From positions 21,390,001 through 21,454,000 of the forward strand of contig NC_043008.1 in the NCBI RefSeq assembly GCF_006345805.1: 64,000 nucleotides of DNA, written 5' to 3'. Below, in pieces: positions 1-12,029 of this stretch; position 1 is the first letter of the stretch; each line of letters begins with the position of its first letter. This stretch comes from Octopus sinensis (taxonomy: Eukaryota). The notes beneath the pieces are model-generated. The model saw only the letters and a list, made by a program, of their open reading frames with translations. It made no database searches and was not told the origin of the DNA. A program made the position numbers and the translations under genes.

Positions 1-415
1 CCTGCAAGAAATAGGAATCAAACTCCACTCAGCTCACATCATACCATCTTAAAAAAAGATGGATTCATTGGGTAATGTAGTCTTGCGTATTTCTGAAAAG
101 ACGGGATGGTCACAGATACGATACCGTTATTTATATTTCTGCTCACTAAAGATTGACCAGGGTCTCAACAACGATAGCAAATGTACACAGCTAAGGGAAT
201 CGCATTAGCTTTATATAGTCATTCGATTGACTAGAAATAGTAGCCAAATTTTCACCAAATTACACCACATGGCTTTGGAGAATAAAAGAACAGATTGGAC
301 GATGTAGTTCTGGATACGAAATAACCGATGGAAGCCCAATATATTCATCTTTCGATTGTTTGATCATTTGGTCATAGATCTACTCAGTACAGCGTGGCCC
401 AGGGCTAAAAATCAT
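1..415 (+). repeat. Degenerate interspersed repeat (two partial units), related to the copy at ~52620-52805
   Basis: Units begin with GAAATAG(G/T)A..CAAA, share TGG.TAATGTAG / AAAGACGGG.TGGTCAC, and end in a GA..GA.C.GG.GCTAAACAACAA-like tail; the same blocks recur at 52620-52805. Confidence 0.5.
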
Positions 416-1213
416 CCTCATGAGAGAGTGCAGCAGCAGCAGAAGCAGCAGCAGCATAAGACAGTCTTCCTTTGCTGTCTTGCACGCAAAGCACTAAAAT
501 ACACTTGTGCTTCTTAAAGAAAAAAAAAAATAATACAATACATAAAAAAAGTAGAGACGACATAACGTTGGAGCGGATTAAAATGGATGACAAAATAATT
601 AATAATATTTAAATCAATGTTTTCACAAAATTAAAATAAACACTTAAAAAATGTTGTTAATAAAAAAAAAACCGAGAGAGTGAGTTTGACAATTTGTCAT
701 TTTAATTATAAATTCAATTTTCAATTCAGTCCTACATTATCTGACGGGAATCAAGTTTTGCATTGACGTGTAATTACATCAGCTTTATTAGGACATTTTT
801 TTAATACTGGAATGGTTTGGTTAGTATTTTTATACTAATTAAGTAAAAAAAAAATTATTCTAATTAAGCATGGGAGTCATAGAGGGGATTTAAGTTTGTA
901 GTTAAGAGAAATTCCGAAGCAGTTCCAGCCGGCGCTTCTTCGAAGATTGTCTTTTATATCTTGCGATAACACCGAGAAGGTATTTTCTTAGACTTTTTGA
1001 AGTTCACCATTGGAAAAATCTGTGGTTGTATCATGTTTAACTAGAACAAAACTAGGTTGTCCGGGTGAGTGTTGTTGGGTGTGAGATAAAAACTGGTTAT
1101 TGAAATAATTTTCCTTCTCTTTTCCTAGTAGTATCCTTCACAGTTATATCAGCTGATATAACCAGTTCGATCTCCGAAAACACATGGGTTTATTGCCAGT
1201 CTAATTAAAAAGG

Positions 1214-1234
1214 ATACATACATACATACATACA

Positions 1235-1263
<29 letters not shown>
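1214..1263. repeat. (CATA)n microsatellite
   Basis: Direct reading of the sequence. Confidence 0.95.
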
Positions 1264-1265
<2 letters not shown>

Positions 1266-1614
1266 TCATTTGCATATATGTAATCTAATGAGATTAAAAC
1301 TCCAATTGCACTTGGAACATCCAGTGTAGAGCACAAAAACCCACAATGGTGAAACGTATGTAGGGACAAATTATAAAAACTCCTATTTATCATAATTTAT
1401 CATATATTTGCTTTGAATATCATAATTACAAATACATTTAGGTACAGTGATAGCTAAACCACAAAACCGGAAGCAGATGCGAGGTTCTAGACCCACTAGT
1501 AGCAGTCGGGCATCAAATTGTAAACACAAGATATGCTATGTGTATGTGTGTGTGTATGGTCATATGTAACCATATCGGCACGTGTTTATATGTACACACA
1601 TATATCCATATACC

Positions 1615-2245
1615 TACGAGGTCTGATCAATAAGTATCCGGACTGTTGTCATAGTAACGAAGCTAAAGCATGCACAGTGAAGCTGCTTGACAATGATTGA
1701 CCTTGAACTCTGCTGTGCATGTGCACTAAGCTTTAATGTTCTAATTCACTTCCGCTGTTTACAGCAGTGCTGAGAAGGAACGTGTGTAGTGTATGATCGT
1801 CGCATTAACCATGAGAGAGAAAGTTGTCATGGTGATACCTGCTCAGGGGCCTTCGCAAATTTGCAGAAATTGTATGGAGAGAGGAGTGTATGCGCCGCAC
1901 ACAAATCAGGGGTACGAGTCGTTCAGACGTTTCTAAGATGGCCGAAAAAATGTCGATATTGACGAACGTTCTGAGAGACCCGCAACCATCAGAATTGAGA
2001 AAAACATCGCAGATGTGCATCCAGCTGTGAGGAGGAATGATCGAATCCCTGTCCGTGAGTTATCAGAGGATGTGCAGATTAGTTACTGTTCAGTTCAGTC
2101 CATTATCACTGAAGATTTGGGTATGAGATGCATGTCTGCCAAGATTGTGCCAAAAGTACTTTCAGCTGACCAAAAAGACACTCAGGTTTCAGTTGCACAA
2201 GATCTTGATTGTATCGAGAACAATGGAAACTTTTTGAAAACTTTG
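1615..2245 (+). mobile_element. Mariner (Tc1/mariner) element, 5' portion: left TIR and decayed N-terminal transposase
   Basis: Starts TACGAGGTCTGATCAATAAGTATCCGGAC (mariner-type TIR after TA). Translation ...DERSERPATIRIEKNIADVHPAVRRNDRIPVRELSEDVQISYCSVQSIITEDLGMRCMSAKIVPKVLS matches the mariner HTH2 and WVPR/KxL linker; upstream part frameshifted. Confidence 0.85.
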
Positions 2246-2437
2246 CGTAGACCTCTGACCAGCTATCGCCAAGCTGTTGCATATAATAGAAAGATTAAAA
2301 TTCTTATATTTAATCTTTCTATTATATGTAATTTTCTAGATGGTGTAATTTAATTTTTCATTTTGAATTGATGAAAGGTGGTTTTTTTCTAATTTATATA
2401 TATATATAAATATATAAATATATATATATATTTATAT

Positions 2438-2601
2438 GACGGGCTTCCTTCAGTTTCCGCCTACCAAATCCACTCCCAAGGCTTTGGTCGGCCGGAGGCT
2501 ATAGTAGAAGACACTTGCGCAAGGTGCCACGCAGTGGGAATGAACTCGGAACAATGTGGTTCGTAAGCAAGCTACTTACCACACACCCACTCCTACGCCT
2601 A
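2438..2601 (-). mobile_element. tRNA-derived SINE family A (CORE-like), head half
   Basis: Reverse complement gives GGCGTAGGAGTGGGTGTGTGGTAAGTAGCTTGC...GCACCTTGCGCAAGTGTCTTCTACTATAGCC, matching the fuller copies at 58319 and 31506. Confidence 0.9.
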
Positions 2602-3065
2602 TGTGTATAATAATATATATAAACTATTATGTGTATATGTAAAGAGAGAGGCAGACAAAGACATAGAAAAAGAAGGAAAAAGAACTATACTCACAGTTCT
2701 CTGTCACATCCCCAATATACTCATTGTTACTTTGATCTCTCTTTCTCCTTCCTATCCTCCACACACATGCGCAATATTCTTTCAAGTCTAGCGGACTTAG
2801 TAACATTCTCTTTTATCACCTAAGACTCTTTAAAATTCTTCATGCATCGTCTATTATACAATTATCATCGTACTAATATAATAAATATAATAATTCCTTA
2901 TTAGTATCAAAATCCATATGCTATTCTGCTTTCCTATAAGCCTCGACGAACTTAACTTTATAATTATTTCTAATTACTCTCAAAGATATTTGAAGAATAA
3001 TGTTTGCAGCCCGCTCATGCAGATTACATTACAACTACATTTGAGTGTCCATCATAGGTCCTCCT

Positions 3066-3222
3066 GGCGCAGGAGTGGCTGTGTGGTAAGAAACTTACTT
3101 CCCAATCACATGCTTTTGGATACGATTCTATTGCGTGGGACTTTGGGCAAGCCACTTCTACGATGGCCTCGAGGTGACCAAAGCCTTGAAAGTAGATTTG
3201 GTAGGCAGAAACTGTCGTATGT
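3066..3222 (+). mobile_element. SINE family A, head half, running into (TATG)n/(TA)n
   Basis: GGCGCAGGAGTGGCTGTGTGGTAAG (A-box-like) ... GGGCAAG ... GATTTGGTAGGCAGAAACTG. Confidence 0.85.
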
Positions 3223-3233
3223 ATATGTATATG

Positions 3234-3265
<32 letters not shown>

Positions 3266-3299
3266 TGTATGTATGTATGTATGTATGTATGTATGTATG

Positions 3300-3347
<48 letters not shown>

Positions 3348-3411
3348 ATATATATATATATATATACATATATATATACATATATATATACATATATATA
3401 TTATATATATA

Positions 3412-3474
<63 letters not shown>

Positions 3475-3480
3475 CTATAT
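3218..3480. repeat. (TATG)n + (TA)n compound microsatellite
   Basis: Direct reading. Confidence 0.95.
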
Positions 3481-3647
3481 AATGAGCATAATTATAATTA
3501 AGGTTCAGCAAAATTTGCTTCACCACATACCGAAATTTAGAAATAGCAGTTAAAATGCTATTTTACTACCATATCTCCCAGATAGCAATACTCAACGACT
3601 CATGCAGGTAACGAGAAAAAAATAACGAATCCACCAGACTCTGATTA

Positions 3648-3730
3648 ACTGTATACGCGTTTCGGGGTTAGAGATACGTAAAAAATGTAAAATCATATTT
3701 CTACTCACTCATTCCCTTCATCAGTACAGT
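3648..3730 (-). ncRNA. Minimal type I hammerhead ribozyme motif
   Basis: Minus strand: ACTGTA-CTGATGA-A-GGG...(long loop)...CCCC-GAAA-CGCG-TA|TACAGT. 6-bp stem I, complete core, palindromic stem III (ACGCGT), GUA cleavage triplet. Confidence 0.8.
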
Positions 3731-3825
3731 ATTTCAAATTGTTGAAATTCCAGTGAAGGAGCCTCGGATCTAGGTTAGAAACCGGCTCTTTATTCTATTC
3801 AAGAAATCTTGAAATAAAAACTAAT

Positions 3826-4060
3826 GACATACATACGTGCACACATACATACATACATACATGCATACATACATAAATAAATACATACATACATACATGC
3901 ATATATACATACATACATACATACATACATAAATAAATACATACATACATACATGCATACATACATACATACATACATACATACATACATACATACATGC
4001 ATACATACATATATGCAAAAATACATATACATACACATACATATAAATACACACACGCAC
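3826..4060. repeat. Degenerate (CATA)n microsatellite
   Basis: Direct reading. Confidence 0.9.
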
Positions 4061-4328
4061 ACAATTATAAACAAACAACGGGAAAATCTTGGTCATTGCG
4101 AACACCTCATTACATATGTTTCATTACAAATAGGAGTTACATAGATATGCGTGCAGAAATACATGTAAGAAGCCGCTATTACACAATATTATTACAATTA
4201 TATGAATTGTCGGTTTGAAAAATTACTTATAGGAGACGTCTCAGGTGTTTTCTACATGCATAACTAAGTAACTCCTAGATTATGCATTTGGTTTGCAAGA
4301 TTTTTTATGTGAATTGCTTCTGGAGAGA

Positions 4329-4500
4329 ATTTAACACGCCTACCGGTCTGATTTCAACTCATTTATTTATTTTTAGTAAATGTTTCGTTGCGTCTCTGCA
4401 ACCTTTTCAATAGTCGTTAAATCTCTGCAAGACGCAACTAAAAGTTTTGTAAAAATAAAAAATTAAATGAGTGGAAATCAGCCCAGTGGGTGTGTTAAAT
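4329..4500. mobile_element. Small foldback (palindromic) element
   Basis: ATTTAACACGCCTACCGGTCTGATTTCAACTCATTT...GTTGCGTC is the imperfect reverse complement of GACGCAAC...AAATGAGTGGAAATCAGCCCAGTGGGTGTGTTAAAT. Confidence 0.8.
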
Positions 4501-4744
4501 TAATAAGTCACTAAAAGAGAATGACTCTCCTCAGACACAGTAATATATATATATATATATATAATATATCTAAAGTTGCGATACCCCAACCGTGATTTTT
4601 CTGTTGTGATTTTTGCTACCCAGGTATCGGTATAATTTGAATAATCCGTAACAAGATAATTCATTTATCCATTAATAAATATATATATATATATATATAT
4701 AATATATTATATATATATATATAGATATATATATATTTATATGT

Positions 4745-6700
4745 AAAATATTATTTGAGACAAAACCACTATTTTGCAAAACAAACAAGGAAAGACTTAA
4801 TCAATACATAAAATTTAATAAAATAGTCAAAAAAACCGCCACTACAATCGTTTCTTGTCTTGATCGACAATCTTCAGGTGGACTTCCATCAACTAAAAAA
4901 TCAAAATTTTAAAATATAAAAATAATACTTTTAAATAATTAAAGTATAAATGAAAAAATATAAGTATATAATCCATATATAACCTATATAATCCATATCG
5001 AAAATATAGACTAATTACCACACGAATTCCCTAAAAAAAAAAAAAAAAAACCATGATACAAAACTCTTAAAAACATATAACGATAAAATCTCCCTTTGCT
5101 AAACTCTATAACAAACCTATAAAGTAAACCCCTAACCTAAACATTCACACACAAATACACACACGTAAACCACAGACTCACGACTTATACACATACCTAT
5201 ACTAACTTATAAACCTCAATATACACCAAACCCACTCCCTCCCCACACAGACAAATTAACACATACATCCCAAAACCTAAATAACAACCCATATACACAT
5301 TCACACAAAAACACACCTCACACGCAAAACACTCTCACACACAAAATACATATACTCCCTCACATATACGCCTATACATACTCACTAAACTCGACATATA
5401 CAACAATACTTACATACACACCCACAAAAACATTATATACATTTATGAGCTTTAACTCACCTTAGCATCTCTAACAAACAACTTGCAGTAACCCAATCCC
5501 ATTCTCTATGCCTACCTCACTACTACACTATACCATTCACATTCCAAGCAACGCTAGTCCACCACCCGGTTATTCACGTGGCAAAACGAACACCACTCAA
5601 AAATTATGAATGAAACAATGTAAAAAAATACCAACACCTAAAATAGACAAAATACCACAAATTACCTAAAAAAACCATGATAAACCAAAACTCATAAAAG
5701 CATATAACGATAAAATCTCCCTTTGCTAAACCCTATAACAACTTATATAGCAATCCCCCTAACCTAAACATTCACACACAAAAAACCCACACGTAACCAC
5801 AGACCCAAGACTTATACACAACCTATACTAACTTATAAACCTCAATATACACCAAAACCACTCCCTCCCACACAGACAAATTAACACATACATCCCAAAT
5901 CCTAAATAACAAACCCAAATACACATTCACACACAAACACACACACACGCAAAACACACACACACAACAGATACATATGCTCCCTCACATATACGCATAT
6001 ACTACTCACTAAAACTCGATATATACAACAAAAATTACACCCACACTCATACAGATAAATAATTAATTATACAATTAAAAACTCACAACAATCTCATATA
6101 CATAACACTCTTATGAAAACAACAATAAATACATCGTAATTAACCAGAATATCAAAAATAACATTATGACATAAGGATAAATCAAATACATACTACTTAC
6201 AATTCAGTTACAAATTATGAAGTGAAATTAGATTCTTAGCCGTTAAAAAACCAAACAAAATTACGTTACCATGGAAATAACTAAGTAAAAAAAAAAATAC
6301 GCGCCATAGAAAGTAAACGTCATTCATAGTATGAATGGAGAAATATAATAAATGGAACTAAAAACTATTTCCACGTAGCAAACCAACGCTACTTAAAAAA
6401 ATTTATTATGAATGGATTCTTAAAAACTATCATGAAAAATCAATATATACATTTATGAGCTTTAGCTCACCCTAGTAACTCTAACAAACAACTTACAGTA
6501 ACCCATACTCAATGCCTACCTCATTACCACCCTAATCCATTCACAATTCCAGCAACACTAGTCCACCACCCGGTTACAATTCCCAACTCTACCCATTCAT
6601 TCACAATTTCAACGACGTTCCCCTTCAACAACTCTACTATAAGCCTCAACATATACACCGGAGATACACTTACCAATCCGTGCGGATGGTGAGAGTATAC
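4745..6700. mobile_element. Probable Penelope-like non-coding terminal/UTR region with internal direct repeats
   Basis: Hammerhead at the left end. Strongly A/C-rich, G-poor plus strand. Two ~350-bp direct repeats (5052-5406, 5676-6030) and two ~135-bp direct repeats (5435-5575, 6445-6578). PLE assignment is inferred from the hammerhead, with no ORF present. Confidence 0.55.
4839..4881 (-). ncRNA. Minimal type I hammerhead ribozyme motif
   Basis: Minus strand: CCAC-CTGAAGA-TTGTC-GATCAA-GACAA-GAAA-C-GATT-GTA|GTGG. All three stems pair; stem III ACGATTGT is a near-palindrome. Confidence 0.85.
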
Positions 6701-6982
6701 ATTAAGTGTAGTGATGGGGCTCCATTTCTAAACACATTTGTACCTGTGTGGTAGTCTCCATGTGTTATTCACGCACGGGTACAAATACAGGGGGAACACG
6801 CTCACTTTCATTTACGTGTACCCCTCACATGTACATATGCATACTATTTTGGCTCGATATATGCAACAATGTAATCGCGCCCGTATGTGTGAGCATTCAC
6901 TGGTTGTGCATTCACCCATCTGGTGTGATTGTGTGTAAACTTATCACTGTGGAGGTCAAGCTTGATACGTATATATTTCCAC

Positions 6983-7029
<47 letters not shown>

Positions 7030-7045
7030 ATGTATGTATGTATAT

Positions 7046-7405
7046 AATTTAGAGAAAATCTTCTATAAACAATTCAATAATGATGAAAGATGTGTATTCA
7101 CACTATATAGAAAACATATACTATAAAAATCTTATAAAAATCAATAAAAACAATAAATAGTAAATAGTAGTAAAAAGTTTCGTGGCTATATTTTCAAATA
7201 GATAATGATAATAAAATCAATTCAATTTAAAATTAAGTCCACCTAAAGTTAATTTTATTTAAAATATAGTCACTACTATTTACTATTTATTGTTTTTGAT
7301 TTTTATTGATTTTTATAATAAGGTTTTTTATTGTATATGTTTTCTATACGGTGTGAATAACATCTTTCGTTATTGAATTGTTTAAAAGTGGTTTTTCTCT
7401 AAATT
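7046..7405. mobile_element. Foldback element with ~125-bp imperfect inverted arms
   Basis: AATTTAGAGAAAATC...AAATAGTAAATAGTAGT (7046-7172) vs ACTACTATTTACTATTT...GTTTTTCTCTAAATT (7272-7405); related arm fragments at ~2345-2395 and ~17810-17860. Confidence 0.75.
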
Positions 7406-7476
7406 TTATACATATATTATATATTGTGAAATTTTATTTAGAATTGCTAAATTGAATTTGGAAATATATCCCCTAC

Positions 7477-7511
<35 letters not shown>

Positions 7512-8030
7512 CACACATGAGATCCAGATATTCATTGTATTGCAGTGCTAAAAGAGCATCATTTCACAAAGTAAAGAGAAGCTATAAGAGAGATCAGTCT
7601 GAGCAGGTATAGAAGCAATTATTGGGAGACGCAAATAAGACACATGAAGTATATTAAATATATTAAGTACACCAAATCAAAATATGTATATAAGTATACA
7701 TGCGAAACGAGAGAAAACAAAAGGTGCAAACTTTCATATGGTGAATGATGAATTTATATGTATAAATATCTAAATATTTATATAGATAGGTAAATACATA
7801 CTCAGTATACAAATAACAGGGAAATTTAAAGGGATGGAATAAAAGTATTATGAGTCAAACAGCTGTTTCTGGGGTCTCGTTGATCCATAATAATGTTGAT
7901 GGATTTAGTCCACAAAATGCGGCCGTATGGATGCATTTAACACAGGATGAGGCGAACCCTCGTCATCAAGTTAGAGATCTTACATTTCAGGTCTTACTGC
8001 AGAGAAATTCAGAGATGGAGTATATAACTA

Positions 8031-8075
<45 letters not shown>

Positions 8076-8922
8076 GTGTATGTGCGTGTGTGTGTGGATA
8101 TTTCTGTTATATAACTACAATAGTTCCAATCTATGAAACCACTTCTTTAATTGACTGAAAATAACATGATGGCGAAGGCTGCAGGTTGATGAAGTTGGTT
8201 ATGAACTTTTCAAAGACGACTTAGTTTTTGCCTTTAACATATTAGATCTTTTGTTTATTAATTTATAATGAAATATTGTTTGTGTCTAGTCTTGATGACG
8301 TGACGCTAAAGAAATTTCTCGAAAGCGTCTTTGTTTTCAACGAATCGAAAATTAGTACCGTCATCGATTTTGAAATAATTGCAGTGCTACTCAGCAAATC
8401 TGAGAACTACCGACAGAGTTCATAATCATTACTTAGAGAGTCTCTTCAATTGATTGTTCACAATTTATTATGCAATTACTGTGAACAGAAAGCAAAAATT
8501 ATAATGAAATGAGGCTAAACAGAAGTTCTGCTGTGTGTATTTAGCGAAAAAGAAATACTAGTTCCTTTGTATGTGCATCTTAAGATTTGTATAAATTTCA
8601 ATGAGAGAAACGTGGTGAATATTTTTAAAATAACATCTTAATAATATTCTATGACACTTGTATTAGCAATTCAATCATTTGTTTATTTATTTGTTTGTTT
8701 CTTTGTTTGCTTGCTTGTTGATATATTTATTTTTTTTATTCTTGGTGTTGGAAAATAGAGAAGTATAAAGATCTGATAAGATTAGAATAGTTTCTGCAAT
8801 ATGGTACCCGATGTTCGTTCTCTCTCTTGCTCTTTCCCAAGATAGACATACAAACATATTGATGCACATACACAAATATATATATACATATATATATATT
8901 ATATACACACATACACACACAC

Positions 8923-8926
<4 letters not shown>

Positions 8927-8955
<29 letters not shown>

Positions 8956-9003
8956 TGTATGTATGTATGTATGTATGTATGTATGTATGTATGTATGTAT
9001 GTA
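8927..9003. repeat. (TATG)n microsatellite
   Basis: Direct reading. Confidence 0.95.
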
Positions 9004-9590
9004 TACAGAGTGCAGTAAATATATTGTCTAAATTACACAAAAATGAAAATAACACTGATATCTCATTTTAACAGACATGTTTACCAAAATTACATAAAAA
9101 TATCTTGAAATACTAAAGAATAAGTTTACTCAATCAGATCGCCATTGGCTTCAACTACAGCCTCCAGATGACTTCGGAATATCCTACAGCGCTTTTGGAC
9201 AGTCTCCTTGTTTAAGTTGCTGAATGCTGCCCGCCACAGTCCTTGCCTTCAGTTCATCTTTGGTGTTACAAAAAGTGTTTTTGGTCTCTCGCTCAACCGC
9301 GCCCCACACATAGTAATCAAAGTGGTTGCAATTTTGGGATTTAGGTGGCCAGATGTTAGGGGTGCTGTGCTCACAGAAATTGTTTGACAGCCATCACTAT
9401 GTTGTCCTGCTTGTGTGGCATGGTGCAGAGTCCTGTTGCCAGGCATAGGGTCTTCCAGCAGCTGCCCACTTGACCCAGAGCTGCATGCGTATTCAATCCC
9501 ACTGCACACGTGCTTTGGACAAACATGGTTTACTAGAGCTCCAGGCCGAATAATGCCTTGTAGGCGAATATGCTTGACGGAAAATGTGTT
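9004..9590 (-). mobile_element. maT-like (DD37D) Tc1/mariner transposase C-terminal remnant with right end
   Basis: Minus translation WQQDSAPCHTSRTT**WLSNNFCEHSTPNIWPPKSQNCNHFDYYVWGAVERETKNTFCNTKDELKAR...AAFSNLNKETVQKRCRIFRSHLEAVVEANGDLIE*. I count 37 residues between the 2nd and 3rd Asp; two in-frame stops are present. Confidence 0.85.
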
Positions 9591-11649
9591 CGCTGTGTAT
9601 ATGCTTGTGTGTGTGTATGTGTGTGTTTGTTTATTCTCACACCGCTTAACAATCGATGTTATTTTGTTTATGTTCCTGTGATATCGAAGCTTTTCGACTT
9701 AAAGAGAAAACTAGTACAAGTGTCAGGCTTTCAACTTTTCTAAAAAAAATTAAGTACTAAAATCGATTTCCTCGATGAAGATCTTGAAGCGGTGCTCCAG
9801 CAGGGTTGCAGTCCAATGACTAAAACGAACGTAATAGAATAAAAGAAAAAGGGGTAAATTACAGAAATTCCAAAACATCTTAGTCCATCCGGCAAGTAGA
9901 AAGATGCCAACGCGCAAACTGAGTAACCCATGTAGGAAGTCATGATGGCAAGTAAATATTTTAGCAGTTTAAACATATATTTCGCTGGAGAACTTGCTTG
10001 TGTGTCATTAACTCTCTTTAAAGTAGTGTATTTCTCATTAATTTGTTTAAAATGAAACCCATTGAAGAGGAGCCCTAATCACAGAAGTTCTTATAATTAG
10101 AAAACATGAATTAATATATATTTCAGATATGTGCGCAAATTTTCATTTTGTTTATTTAGTTCTGTATTCATCATAAGAAAGTTTTTTACGTCCGTTTCAT
10201 TGTGGAATCACTCATTTACTCACTGATAATACAGTGGTTCTTGTCCTTAGCATTGTAACGTAAATATTTCTCACTCACCTGAATCACTAATATTTATATA
10301 GCCCCGAAGAATATAAAACATTGTTGTAAGAATCAAACATGCTGTCAGATTCTCGATATGCCGTGCAAGGTTATGTCCCTTTAACCCGAAAATTTACTTG
10401 GATCCTTATCTTATCTAGGCGGCCAATTTCTCACTCTTTCGCTTAATCTGAAACAAGAATCAATCACTTGGCAAGGGGATTGCAGGGGCATCTGAAAGAT
10501 ACTCCTCTTTACCAAGCGACACAAAATATATATCAGAAGTGGGTGGAAACGACTATTTTCTATACTGCTTCTCTTGGCTAATAGTTATTCTATGATGTAT
10601 GAATGAAATACTTTCACAATATGTTTGTGCTGAGTGATGGATGGACAATTTAATATTGGGAGTATATAAATTTGTCTAATGACACAATCGTCTGTTTTCA
10701 TCTACCTAAATCGATTGCTCTGTCTGCGCCATCAGTAGCCAATATATGACGGAATAGAAAAGTTTGCTATTGTCGATAAAAATCGCTAAAATCATGTTTT
10801 TATTACATTCTTATGAAAAAATTCAGTGTCATAGAGACAGAAACAGCATGTAAATATCTTCAGTAAATTTGAATGGAAGCTTGAAGATATTTGTTCAAAC
10901 TTTTCTAAACTGCCGAATAAATATTAGCGTCTGTTTACATGGATAAGTTCTTAAGATTCGGTTTCCAAAGAGTAGCAATGTGTGTGTGTGTGTGTTGGGG
11001 GGGGGGGGCGGCTGTGTGTGTGTGTGTGTTTTGTGTGTGTGATTATGTTTAAAGGGTAAAAGTGAAGTGAAATAACCATCACTCAATAGATGAAATTGTA
11101 TCAAATTCTTGCCCATTGCCATTCAACTATTGGCCCAAAAATGACTGCATTACTTGAGAGCCCATGTTTACGTGTGTCTAGTGTTAGACATTCTAGTGAA
11201 AACCATGCTACTCAAAAACTTCACCTAAATGAACATTTTAGGCTGACGAAACGACTCCAGTTCTCTTTATTCAGAAGAAATATTTCCATTTCCATTCACA
11301 GTTGTATTTGCATCGTGCATTCTTTCAGTACCTCTCTGTGATACAAGATATTTTAATCAACACTGTATGTAACGGTTAGATATAAATATATTGCCAACAT
11401 GTGGATATTATAGACCCACTTATCTAAGTCGTTGATGAAATCCTAGCACAGGATTTGGTTCTGGTTTGGTTTCCGAGTCAGAGGCTCATAAGGCCCGTTT
11501 CTGGGATTCTGTGGAGCCCCCATCCCGGGAGGGGCCGCCAATCCGTCGCAGCTGTTACATACAGCGTTTGTGAAAATCAGGAGATAAACTCTGTAGTGCA
11601 GAAGAAAACATTTGCAAGTATAGTTGGAAAGCATTATTCTTTTATTCCT

Positions 11650-12000
11650 TTATTCTCTTATTTATTTCAGTCACTTGATTGCGGCCATGCTGGAGCACCG
11701 CCTTTAGTCGAACAAATGATCCCAGGACCATTCTTTATAAGCCTAGTACTTTTTCTATCGGACTCTTTTGCCAAATCGCTCAGTTACAGGAACGTAAACA
11801 CGCCAGCATTGTTGTCAAGCGATGGTGGGTGGGGGACAAATACAGACACACAGTAGTTTCCGTCTACTAAATCCACTCACAAGGCTTCGGTCGGCTCGAA
11901 GCTATAGTAGAAGACACTTGCCGAAGGTGCCACGAAGTGGGACTGAACCCTGAACCATGTGGTTGGGAAGCAAGCTTCTTACTACACAGTCACGCCAGCA
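11650..12000 (-). mobile_element. SINE family A, near full-length, internal microsatellite deleted
   Basis: Head (TGTGTAGTAAGAAGCTTGC...GGTTCAGTCCCACTTCGTGGCACCTTCGGCAAG) and tail (CGACTAAAGGCGGTGCTCCAGCATGGCCGCAATCAAGTGACTGAAAT) both present. Confidence 0.9.
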
Positions 12001-12029
12001 CCTTTGCTGAATATTATTAGATATAATGG

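Noticed and set aside
405-593. Short ORF with poly-Ala (poly-Gln/Ser in plus frames)
   Set aside because: Only a short (CAG)n tract; no recognisable domain or convincing splice context.
3751-3790. Second, plus-strand hammerhead-like motif back-to-back with the 3648 one
   Set aside because: Core is GTGAAGGA rather than CTGANGA, with no clean UH or stem I; at best a decayed relic.
7940-7975. Minus-strand TTGATGA plus GAGG/CCTC hairpin, within ORF 7850-8158
   Set aside because: No GAAA follows the hairpin, and the ORF has no recognisable homology and ends in (GT)n.
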